Of a stretch of DNA of 32,000 nt, positions 16,609 to 23,638 are shown one piece after another. The stretch covers positions 60,001 through 92,000 of the forward strand of contig NZ_CP107255.1 of the NCBI RefSeq assembly GCF_029232205.1, read 5' to 3'. The DNA comes from Candidatus Saccharimonadota bacterium. Its GTDB lineage: Archaea; Nanohalarchaeota; Nanosalinia; Nanosalinales; Nanosalinaceae. Below the pieces are notes generated by a model. That model was not told the DNA's origin. It searched no databases and worked only from the letters and a program-made list of their open reading frames with translations. Position numbers and translations under genes: made by a program. The number at the start of each line of letters is the position of its first letter. Positions within the stretch are counted from its first letter, which is position 1.

Positions 16609-16617
16609 CTTAAAAAC
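16609..16617. promoter_or_regulatory. shared TATA box (CTTAAAAAC) for divergent rpl12 and 16641..17345
   Basis: 28 nt before ATG 16641 on +. About 43 nt before the rpl12 ATG on the minus strand, which would leave a short leader carrying the GGTGA SD. Confidence 0.35.
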
Positions 16618-16640
16618 CTCTCCTGCATAATTGAATACAA

Positions 16641-17345
16641 ATGATGTTGAAGTTTGAGGATCTGCCAGAAGAGACCAGAGTAAAACTTACGGAGAAAGGC
16701 CGTGAAGATCTCTGGCACAGAGTAGACGAGTTTGGAGGAGTCAAACAGCTGTCAGAGGCCTTCGACTTCTCAAGTTCAAAGATGTACAACTGGAGGTCGA
16801 AAAACTCGTTCATGCCAATCAGCTTTATCAGGCGTTTAATGGGCCAGAACCCTCCAGAGATTGATGCTGTGAAAGGCAAAGGCCGTGGAAAGGCCTGGGG
16901 TATAGATCTTCCTGTAGAGGTAAGTGAAGAACTTTTGACCCGTGTAGAGGCCTCGGTTACAGTTAATCGGAAAGGCACGCCGGTGTATATTACAGATGAG
17001 AAGTCCTTGGCCTCAAGATTCCTGAATTTGCTTGAGGAGATCGGTGTGGATCAGAGCTTCTACAACCGTGAAGGCCGCTACGAGGTAAGATACTCGAAGT
17101 ACGCCCACAATGTTCTATCAGATATTGATTTTTCTGAGAAATTTTCTGCACTGGTTGATGAAGAAGGAGATATCACAGAGGAAAAAGTCAGGGCCTCTGG
17201 TAAAGGAGTTTCTGTTGAAGAATTTGATGCAGAGCTTTATTCCCGTAGTAAAATTTTTGATCTGGCATTGGCCCGTGGAGATAAGGAAAAGATTCAGGCC
17301 TTGATAGCTGAAGAGTCAAGTAGGGTAAGGAATCTGGTAAATTGA
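16641..17345 (+). CDS. hypothetical protein with N-terminal HTH-like segment
   Basis: 234 aa. GGVKQLSEAFDFSSSKMYNWRSKNSFMPISFIRRL resembles an HTH followed by a domain of unknown function. Opposite strand to the ribosomal operon it interrupts. Confidence 0.55.
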   Translation: MMLKFEDLPEETRVKLTEKGREDLWHRVDEFGGVKQLSEAFDFSSSKMYNWRSKNSFMPISFIRRLMGQNPPEIDAVKGKGRGKAWGIDLPVEVSEELLTRVEASVTVNRKGTPVYITDEKSLASRFLNLLEEIGVDQSFYNREGRYEVRYSKYAHNVLSDIDFSEKFSALVDEEGDITEEKVRASGKGVSVEEFDAELYSRSKIFDLALARGDKEKIQALIAEESSRVRNLVN

Positions 17346-18602
17346 TTATCTGAAGGTGCTTAATTTTTTGCAGGCCTTTTCGGTCTTGTCACATGGTTCC
17401 CAGATGTCTTTGCTGTACGGGTCAACTCTGTATCTTCTTGCGGTATCATTGACTATAGTAACGTAGGCAAATTTTTCTATCTGGCCTGTCGCTGGTCTCC
17501 CCGTGTATAAGCTGATTGTTTCGTTGTTTTCGATTCCTTTTCTGCCGTCTCCATCGCTGTCGGTAGAGTCTTTTCTTATTTTGAGAGTGTCGCCTTTGCG
17601 TACAGGGAATTCGGAAATTCCGCTGTGCCCGAAGTTTTTCAGGGCTAACTTCCAGCTTGAGTATCTTATACTTGTTAACGCATCTATGATGCCTGTTCTG
17701 GCCCAGATATTGTTTTCCTCAAATCTTTTTTCCGAGGTATCAATCATGTATCTTGGGTCGTGGCTTTTGTTTCCGATATAGATCCCGCCTGTTTCCGTTA
17801 TCAGAGGATTTCCCGAGTTTGTAATTACTAGCCATTCTTTCTCAGGCCTGTAACTATAATTTAGTCTTGGATAACCCCCTTCAGGGTTGCCAGCAGCTTT
17901 TTTCTCAATATCTGATAGATCACTGAACTCTTTCTGCGTAGTATGGCCTGATATAGAGAACACTCCAATGGCTACAACTACTAGGATGGCTACCGCTAAC
18001 TGTGTTTTGTTTTTACTTAATCCTGTTCTAACCTTTGATTTTGCTTGGGTAATGACTTCGATCTTGGAAAATACGGCCTGTTCCAGTTTTGCCACTAGAA
18101 ATGTCAGAACGAGAGGAGTCATAGGTTTCAGCGCATAGTCTGGCTGTGGAGGCCAGATCCCGTACTGTGGAAGCCCGCCAGATATCTGTTGGAATGTTGC
18201 GAGGCCTATCCCAAGCCATAGGATTATTGCTGTTAGAGGAAGGTATAGATTCTTCTTCAAGGCTAAATATGTTGGAACTGCTGCAACCAGGAAGTTCAGG
18301 ATGAATAGGATGCTGGCGATAATCAACAAAATTATTGCTCCCTTTGAGAAACCGATAAAATCGAGAGGAGAATATTGTGCTCGAGAAAGGAAGAACATTG
18401 AAGATGAAATTAGCGTGTAGACCAGGCCTGCTGCTATAGATTTCCTGGTAGTAGGATCTGATAAACTGATTCTGTCCCTGCCTTTTCTTATCAGCCATTC
18501 AATAGAACCTAGAGATACTGATGCTGCAGCGATAAGAATGAACAGCCAGCCCTCACCACCTAATTTCAATCCTATGGTGGGATAGTAAGTTCTGAAATCC
18601 AT
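17346..18602 (-). CDS. membrane protein with about 6 N-terminal TM helices and a C-terminal extracytoplasmic domain, hypothetical
   Basis: 418 aa. The hydrophobic N-terminal half is followed by a soluble domain of about 200 aa containing DSTDSDGDGRKG. Confidence 0.6.
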   Translation of the reverse strand: MDFRTYYPTIGLKLGGEGWLFILIAAASVSLGSIEWLIRKGRDRISLSDPTTRKSIAAGLVYTLISSSMFFLSRAQYSPLDFIGFSKGAIILLIIASILFILNFLVAAVPTYLALKKNLYLPLTAIILWLGIGLATFQQISGGLPQYGIWPPQPDYALKPMTPLVLTFLVAKLEQAVFSKIEVITQAKSKVRTGLSKNKTQLAVAILVVVAIGVFSISGHTTQKEFSDLSDIEKKAAGNPEGGYPRLNYSYRPEKEWLVITNSGNPLITETGGIYIGNKSHDPRYMIDTSEKRFEENNIWARTGIIDALTSIRYSSWKLALKNFGHSGISEFPVRKGDTLKIRKDSTDSDGDGRKGIENNETISLYTGRPATGQIEKFAYVTIVNDTARRYRVDPYSKDIWEPCDKTEKACKKLSTFR

Positions 18603-18735
18603 CTATGTAAACTTCCTATGTCTCGTTTAAAAATTCTTGATAGAAACTGCTGGAGGCACTCTAAATTTTTCTAATCTATGTAGGAGGTCTTAGAAAATAT
18701 TAAATGAGGAAAGAAATAAGGAAAGAGGAGGATTT

Positions 18736-19734
18736 TTATTCCTCTTCCTTGTCTTCTTCGTCTTCGGAATCTTCTTCAGATTCTTCTGACTCGTCTGAAT
18801 CTTGTTCGGATTCGTCCTCTTCTTCAGTCTCTTCACTTTCTGCTTCTTCTGTGTCTTCATCTAGGTCGACTGATTCAAGGTCTAGCTGGCTGTCGAGGCC
18901 GTCTGCGTTGGATTTGGCGTAGGCGAGGGCTTCTTCGATTGTTTCTTCGAATGGTAGGCCTTCGCTGATTGCCAGGTTCTTGGCCTTTCTGACTGCCTGC
19001 TGGACGATTGTCTCTGCAGTTGTTTCGTTGATGATTCCTGCGTTGACTGCGAGGTTGAATGCGCCGCTTGCTGCTGCTTCGACGTCTGTTCTGTACTGTT
19101 CTACGTCGATGTCTAGTTCTTCTGCTGTGAAGAGTTCTCCTTCGCTGTATGCTACGTCCAGGTCGAGTCCGATTTCCAGTGGTTCGATTCCGAGCTGGTT
19201 GAGGATTTCTGCGTCGTCTGCAGTGATTTCCTCTCCTTTTTCGATGATGACTCCTGGCTGCTGTACGTGGATGGAGCCGTCGTCTACCTGTACGTTCAGG
19301 CCTTTTTGCTGGAGTTTTCCAAGCATTGGTCCTGGCCCGATTCCTGTGTCTCCGTCAGGTACTTCTATGTCGTTCGGAGCGATTTCTCCTCCCTGTGCTG
19401 CGGCCGATGTTTTGTTGGCCTGGATTAGGGAGTAGAGCTGGAATGGGTCTTTTTCTGAGAAGATGAATGCTGGCTGGATTGCCTCGTTTTCTTCCAGTTG
19501 TGCGATGTCTTCTTTGTCGCTTTGTTCGATTGCGATCTGCATCAGTGTCTTTCTGGACATTCTGACTTTGGCGAACTCCTTCATTTCTTTCTTGATTTCC
19601 TGGAGTTGCTTTGCTGGAAGATTGTGCATGTCGAGGATTCCGATTACTGGGTTGGATTCGATTTCTTCTTTGAAGTACTCGACTTTCTCTTCTTTCTGTT
19701 CTCGTGTCAGTCTTTTTGGCTTTGGTTGCACCAT
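18736..19734 (-). CDS. rpl10: 50S ribosomal stalk protein P0 (L10e)
   Basis: 332 aa. Conserved N-terminal L10 domain, P1-dimer binding helices and a very acidic tail. GGTGA SD 7 nt upstream, inside the end of rpl1. Confidence 0.93.
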   Translation of the reverse strand: MVQPKPKRLTREQKEEKVEYFKEEIESNPVIGILDMHNLPAKQLQEIKKEMKEFAKVRMSRKTLMQIAIEQSDKEDIAQLEENEAIQPAFIFSEKDPFQLYSLIQANKTSAAAQGGEIAPNDIEVPDGDTGIGPGPMLGKLQQKGLNVQVDDGSIHVQQPGVIIEKGEEITADDAEILNQLGIEPLEIGLDLDVAYSEGELFTAEELDIDVEQYRTDVEAAASGAFNLAVNAGIINETTAETIVQQAVRKAKNLAISEGLPFEETIEEALAYAKSNADGLDSQLDLESVDLDEDTEEAESEETEEEDESEQDSDESEESEEDSEDEEDKEEE

Positions 19735-19736
19735 TT

Positions 19737-20363
19737 TTAGTTCACCTCGACTGTTGGACCCATAGTGGTCTTTATGAGTACGGATTTGATGTTGTTCTGT
19801 CCCTGTGGAAGCTGGCTTTCTACAAAGTCGTAGATTGAGGATGCGTTTCTTGCAGCTTCGTCTAGGTCTCTTTCCTCGTTTCCTACCTTGATCTGCATTA
19901 GTGGATCTTCACGAAGTCTGAGTGTTACTGTGTTTCTCAGGTCTTCGATTTTGTCAGTAGGGTCGGATCCTGGTGGCATTGGGTCAGGCATCATGTTTCT
20001 TGGTCCGAATACCTGTCCTAGCTGGGAACCGATCTTAGGCATCAGTGGTGCCTCTGCGATAAGGAATGAGTACTCATCTGCAAGGTCCTTTGCGTTTTTC
20101 GGATTTTCGAAGTATTCTTCTTCAAGCTCGCTTTCTGTAATTTCCAGGTCTGCGTTCTCTGCGTTCTTTGCAAGTGTATCTCCGATTACTGCGACTTTTA
20201 CGTCTTCGTCGGCCTGGAATGGTAGCTTGAAGTCTTCGTTGAATCTGTTGTCAGGGTCTGAAAGATCGAGGCCTTTGAAGTTGATGATTAGGTCGATGCT
20301 TTCTTTGAAGCCTCTTTCTTCAGAGTCTTCTACTGCCTGTTTGACTGCGTCTTCAAAATTCAT
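19737..20363 (-). CDS. rpl1: 50S ribosomal protein L1
   Basis: 208 aa, typical L1 family sequence. GGTGA SD 6 nt upstream. Confidence 0.93.
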   Translation of the reverse strand: MNFEDAVKQAVEDSEERGFKESIDLIINFKGLDLSDPDNRFNEDFKLPFQADEDVKVAVIGDTLAKNAENADLEITESELEEEYFENPKNAKDLADEYSFLIAEAPLMPKIGSQLGQVFGPRNMMPDPMPPGSDPTDKIEDLRNTVTLRLREDPLMQIKVGNEERDLDEAARNASSIYDFVESQLPQGQNNIKSVLIKTTMGPTVEVN

Positions 20364-20375
20364 TCTTGTTCACCT

Positions 20376-20873
20376 CTAGATGCCTTCCTCTGCTTCCAGT
20401 TTATCGTCGTATTTTCCTTCGTCGATCTCCTGTGCAACGTCGTATGCGTCTTTTCCGTCAATGGTTACTCCCATTGAGTGAGCTGTTCCGATAATTTCTT
20501 TGACAGCTCCACGCAGATCCATTGCTAGCAGGTCGGAGGCCTTCATTCTTGCTACTTTGCAAGCTGTTGCGAATTCCATGTCGGCTACCTTGTTCTTGTT
20601 TGGTTCGCCGGATCCGGATTCGATGCCCAGTTCGTCCTTGATCAGGACTGCTGCTGGTGGCTTTCCGACTTCTATCTCGAAGTCGCCTGTTTCTTCGTCT
20701 ACGATGACGTCAACAGGTACCTCCATTCCCTGGAAGTCTGCTGTTTTTTCGTTGATGGCTTTTACAACCTCTCCAACGTCAGTTGGTAGAGGCCCAAGTT
20801 CTGGTCCTAGCGGAGGGCCTGCTGATGCAGATCCACCCTCGACTAGTGTCGAAATCGTTGTTTTGTCTCCCAT
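20376..20873 (-). CDS. rpl11: 50S ribosomal protein L11
   Basis: 165 aa. GGxAxAGPPLGPxLGP motif of L11. Confidence 0.95.
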   Translation of the reverse strand: MGDKTTISTLVEGGSASAGPPLGPELGPLPTDVGEVVKAINEKTADFQGMEVPVDVIVDEETGDFEIEVGKPPAAVLIKDELGIESGSGEPNKNKVADMEFATACKVARMKASDLLAMDLRGAVKEIIGTAHSMGVTIDGKDAYDVAQEIDEGKYDDKLEAEEGI

Positions 20874-20889
20874 AAATTGATCACTTTAG

Positions 20890-20903
20890 ATTTTAGCTAA
20901 AAT
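20890..20903. promoter_or_regulatory. perfect 14-nt A/T-rich palindrome ATTTTAGCTAAAAT, candidate internal promoter for rpl11
   Basis: Lies in the 40-nt spt5-rpl11 spacer, 17-30 nt upstream of the rpl11 ATG. Confidence 0.3.
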
Positions 20904-20913
20904 AGTATTGATT

Positions 20914-21348
20914 TTATTGCTGAGCTTTTTTGCGCACCATGTCTGCGTCGACTGTTGTTGGAATCGGTACTGCGGCGTCTAGCAGTTCGATGGTGACTTC
21001 TCTGTTGGTTTCGTCTACTCTGTTGATTTTTGCTTCTTCTCCTTTGAAAGGCCCGCCGATTACTTCTACCTTGTCGCCTACTTCGAGCTTGATGTCTTCC
21101 TGTTCTTCGCTCAGGTATTTTTCTATCTCGTCGACTTCTACTTCTTCATCTATGATGCCGTTGATGTTTCTGGCGTCGTTTGCGACTTTTCTGATGTCTG
21201 CTTCGTTTCCTTCGATGAAGATGTATCCCTGGAGGTCTTCTGGGTGGAAAACCGCTCTTATGTCTACGTCTTTTCCTTTGACTTTGCTTTCAAGTGCGTT
21301 TATTGCGGTCTTCTCGCGTCCTCTTGTTGTTCGTGCGGTAAGTATCAT
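20914..21348 (-). CDS. spt5: transcription elongation factor Spt5 (NusG homologue)
   Basis: 144 aa. NGN domain plus KOW motif (GDKVEVIGGPFKGEEAKI). Confidence 0.92.
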   Translation of the reverse strand: MILTARTTRGREKTAINALESKVKGKDVDIRAVFHPEDLQGYIFIEGNEADIRKVANDARNINGIIDEEVEVDEIEKYLSEEQEDIKLEVGDKVEVIGGPFKGEEAKINRVDETNREVTIELLDAAVPIPTTVDADMVRKKAQQ

Positions 21349-21354
21349 TGTAGT

Positions 21355-21555
21355 TCACAGGTAGTTTGGAATCAGGTTTGAAAGCAGGTAGAAGATAAAT
21401 CCTATCAGTCCGATGATTATCATTCCTGCGCCGGTGACTTTGGCGCTCATCTCGAATTCTTCTCTGTCAGGTTTCTCGGATATTTTGAGCACTCTACGGT
21501 ACTCTCGTAGTTTATCCGTTGCATACTGCTTCCATTTTCCGGGGTTTAGTTCCAT
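21355..21555 (-). CDS. secE: protein translocase subunit SecE (Sec61-gamma)
   Basis: 66 aa. Charged N-terminus, KP..EEF motif and a single C-terminal TM helix. Position immediately upstream of spt5. Confidence 0.85.
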   Translation of the reverse strand: MELNPGKWKQYATDKLREYRRVLKISEKPDREEFEMSAKVTGAGMIIIGLIGFIFYLLSNLIPNYL

Positions 21556-21590
21556 TGGCTGATTACACCTATACCCGTATTTAGAGAGAA

Positions 21591-21675
21591 CTAGTCCATA
21601 AGACTTGGCCTCCCTCCCACCAAAGGTGGTTCCAACGGGCGATACATTAAACTTCTTGAACAGAAATTTTATAAA
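21591..21675 (-). promoter_or_regulatory. secE promoter (TTTATAAA 21668-21675) and about 90-nt leader with leaderless mini-ORF 21591..21647 (MYRPLEPPLVGGRPSLMD)
   Basis: Palindromic TATA about 25 nt before ATG 21647. Leader helices CCACC-TTT-GGTGG and GCCCGT...ACGGGT. AGGTG SD 13 nt before the secE ATG. Confidence 0.35.
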
Positions 21676-21693
21676 TCAGTTTTCTAACTTCAC

Positions 21694-22653
21694 TTACTCT
21701 ATGTATACTATTTTCCAGGTAATTCTGTCATCGCAGTAGTCTGCGCTTTTGTCAGCGTTATTGTACTCGAAACTGACAGAACTAGCTTTAGCATCTTTTA
21801 CCGTGTCAATAAGCTCTGCATTATAGAATGAGGCAGAACCACCATCTGCATAATCTACATCTATGCTGTATGCATTTCCATCATCGGTACAATAGCTAGA
21901 TCCATCTCCTAAGCCATCTACACTTATCTGGGTTTGAAGAATAACTCCATCGAGAGAAATAGTGTCGGCCGTACCGCTGTCTCCTCCTTGAGCTGTTACC
22001 GTGCGTGTTACAGTATTTGGTTGAAGGCCTGAGTTGCTGTCTACGTAGCTTTTTGTAGCGGCATCCTGTGGGTCTGTTGGGCCGTTAACATTCTTGATCT
22101 GGTTGTTGTTCATGTCAACGTTTGACGTTGCGGGGTCATCTGGTAGATATCCGTCGTCTGCGGTGCTGAATCTGTTGTCTACGTAGTTTTTGGTTGCTGC
22201 ATCCTGAGAGTTGCTTGGACTTCCCAGGCCTATGAGCTGGTTATTGTTCATTTCTATGTTTTGATTAGCGGTGCTTCCTTCGTTTAGAACTTCTCCAAGA
22301 GTCTGATTGTCTTCTGCATTGCTGTCTACGTAGTTTTTGGTTGCTGCATCCTGCGGGTTAACCGGAGATTGCACGCTGATTATTCTGTTGGAGCTCATGT
22401 TGACGTTCGATGTTGCTGGGTAATCGGGCAGATATCTCTCGGCGGTAGTGGATGAGTCTACATAGTCCTTTGTGGCGGCGTCGCCAGGGCTATTAGGGGT
22501 TGCTATGTTGGTGATCCTGTTGTTATTCATGTCTAGTTCGCCAAACATGTTGGTGACGTCACGTATATTTACATCTCCTGAAACGCTAGTCCCAAGAAGT
22601 ACTAATATCAGTATGAGAAACTTCGTTTTACCTATTTCTATGTTAATTTCCAT
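21694..22653 (-). CDS. secreted protein with four tail-fibre-like repeats (putative adhesin)
   Basis: 319 aa. Sec-type signal (KFLILILVLLGTSVSG). Four repeats of about 44-49 aa of the form h-D/N-M-N-N-N-R/Q-I-x-N-h-x-x-P-x-x-x-x-DAATK-x-YVD. C-terminal beta-rich domain with 2 Cys. Own TATA (AAATTTATAAAC) about 30 nt upstream. Confidence 0.75.
   Translation of the reverse strand: MEINIEIGKTKFLILILVLLGTSVSGDVNIRDVTNMFGELDMNNNRITNIATPNSPGDAATKDYVDSSTTAERYLPDYPATSNVNMSSNRIISVQSPVNPQDAATKNYVDSNAEDNQTLGEVLNEGSTANQNIEMNNNQLIGLGSPSNSQDAATKNYVDNRFSTADDGYLPDDPATSNVDMNNNQIKNVNGPTDPQDAATKSYVDSNSGLQPNTVTRTVTAQGGDSGTADTISLDGVILQTQISVDGLGDGSSYCTDDGNAYSIDVDYADGGSASFYNAELIDTVKDAKASSVSFEYNNADKSADYCDDRITWKIVYIE
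22036..22542 (-). repeat. intragenic tandem repeat array (4 units) encoding the DAATKxYVD motif
   Basis: DAATK at aa 58, 102, 151 and 197. A 30-nt perfect DNA direct repeat GTCTACGTAGTTTTTGGTTGCTGCATCCTG at 22177-22206 and 22324-22353. Units 2 and 4 also share YLPD(Y/D)PATSNV(N/D)M, indicating a two-unit duplication. Confidence 0.85.
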
Positions 22654-22692
22654 CTAACATCACTTTGTGGTTTCTCTTTGTTTATAAATTTC

Positions 22693-23574
22693 TTAGCAGG
22701 ATCCAATGCAGACATTGTTGGATTTTATCCTGTTTAATTCTAGAGGCCCTCTCATGAATGCAGAGCTATTAGATAGGTGATCTGTGCTTGAAGTTGTTAC
22801 ATTATCGCAGTTTTTACCTATGCATATATCAGAAGCTCCTGATGAATACCTTATTGCTGAAGTTAGAACGCTTCCGTTGATACTGTCGCCGCCGTTATCT
22901 ACTTTGCAGTCTGGGTCTCTATCTGTGCAGGTAGCAGTCTCAGACCCGCAGTTTCCTATACAGATTGTGTTGGATGAGTATGGGAGTATGCTGTTGTTTC
23001 CGGTGGAGGACATGATTATTATTTCCTGTATAGGGCCTCCTTTCTCAGCGAAAGGTGTTCCGGAACCTGGAGTGCCTGGGTTTGTGATTCCTGCGCTGTC
23101 GCCGGATTTTTTCTGGCATATGTAAGTGAGCTGGGTTTCTGGAGTTGCCAGTCTGATGCTTTCTGTTTCTCTCGAAACGTTTTCTGATATATTAATTGTT
23201 GAGGTTTGCTTCGGATTTACGATGTCCTGGCCTGTACTATAACTGGTTTTTTCTCCTTCCACATATACATTCAGTTTCGATAAGTTGACGGCCTCGTCGT
23301 TGTTGTTTCTTAAAGTAAGTACTGTGTTTTCATTATCTTTTGCACAGTTCTCCACGGATAATTGGCCTATTAGTTCTGTGTTCAAATTAGAGTTATCTTC
23401 CTGGGCCTGTATCTGCGAGCTTGCAATGAAATATGCTCCGCCTACAGCGCTTGTTGAGATTGCAATCAGAATTACTGTTGAGACTACGGGAGTAAGGCCT
23501 TTCAGGGTTTTTTCCTGTTTTTCCTGAATCTCCTCAACTTCTTCCTTTTTTCCGTGTTGAGGATTCTGGGCCAT
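22693..23574 (-). CDS. archaeal type IV pilin-like protein (class III signal peptide) with Cys-rich C-terminal CIGxC repeats
   Basis: 293 aa. KG|LTPVVSTVILIAISTSAVGGAYFI matches the prepilin-peptidase site plus hydrophobic helix of DUF1628-type archaeal pilins. The C-terminal 90 aa carry TICIGNCG, DICIGKNCD and NVCIGSC. 10 Cys in total. Confidence 0.7.
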   Translation of the reverse strand: MAQNPQHGKKEEVEEIQEKQEKTLKGLTPVVSTVILIAISTSAVGGAYFIASSQIQAQEDNSNLNTELIGQLSVENCAKDNENTVLTLRNNNDEAVNLSKLNVYVEGEKTSYSTGQDIVNPKQTSTINISENVSRETESIRLATPETQLTYICQKKSGDSAGITNPGTPGSGTPFAEKGGPIQEIIIMSSTGNNSILPYSSNTICIGNCGSETATCTDRDPDCKVDNGGDSINGSVLTSAIRYSSGASDICIGKNCDNVTTSSTDHLSNSSAFMRGPLELNRIKSNNVCIGSC

Positions 23575-23638
23575 ATTTTGATATTAGAAAACTGGAATAA
23601 AAAGAGTGGATAAATGGAAAGTTTGAGGGGCCTTGGCT

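Noticed and set aside
16571-18735. Active mobile element or provirus as the explanation for the insertion in the stalk operon.
   Set aside because: There is no integrase, transposase, terminal inverted repeat, flanking direct repeat or tRNA attachment site. Composition (acidic proteins, GGCC density) looks like the rest of the window.
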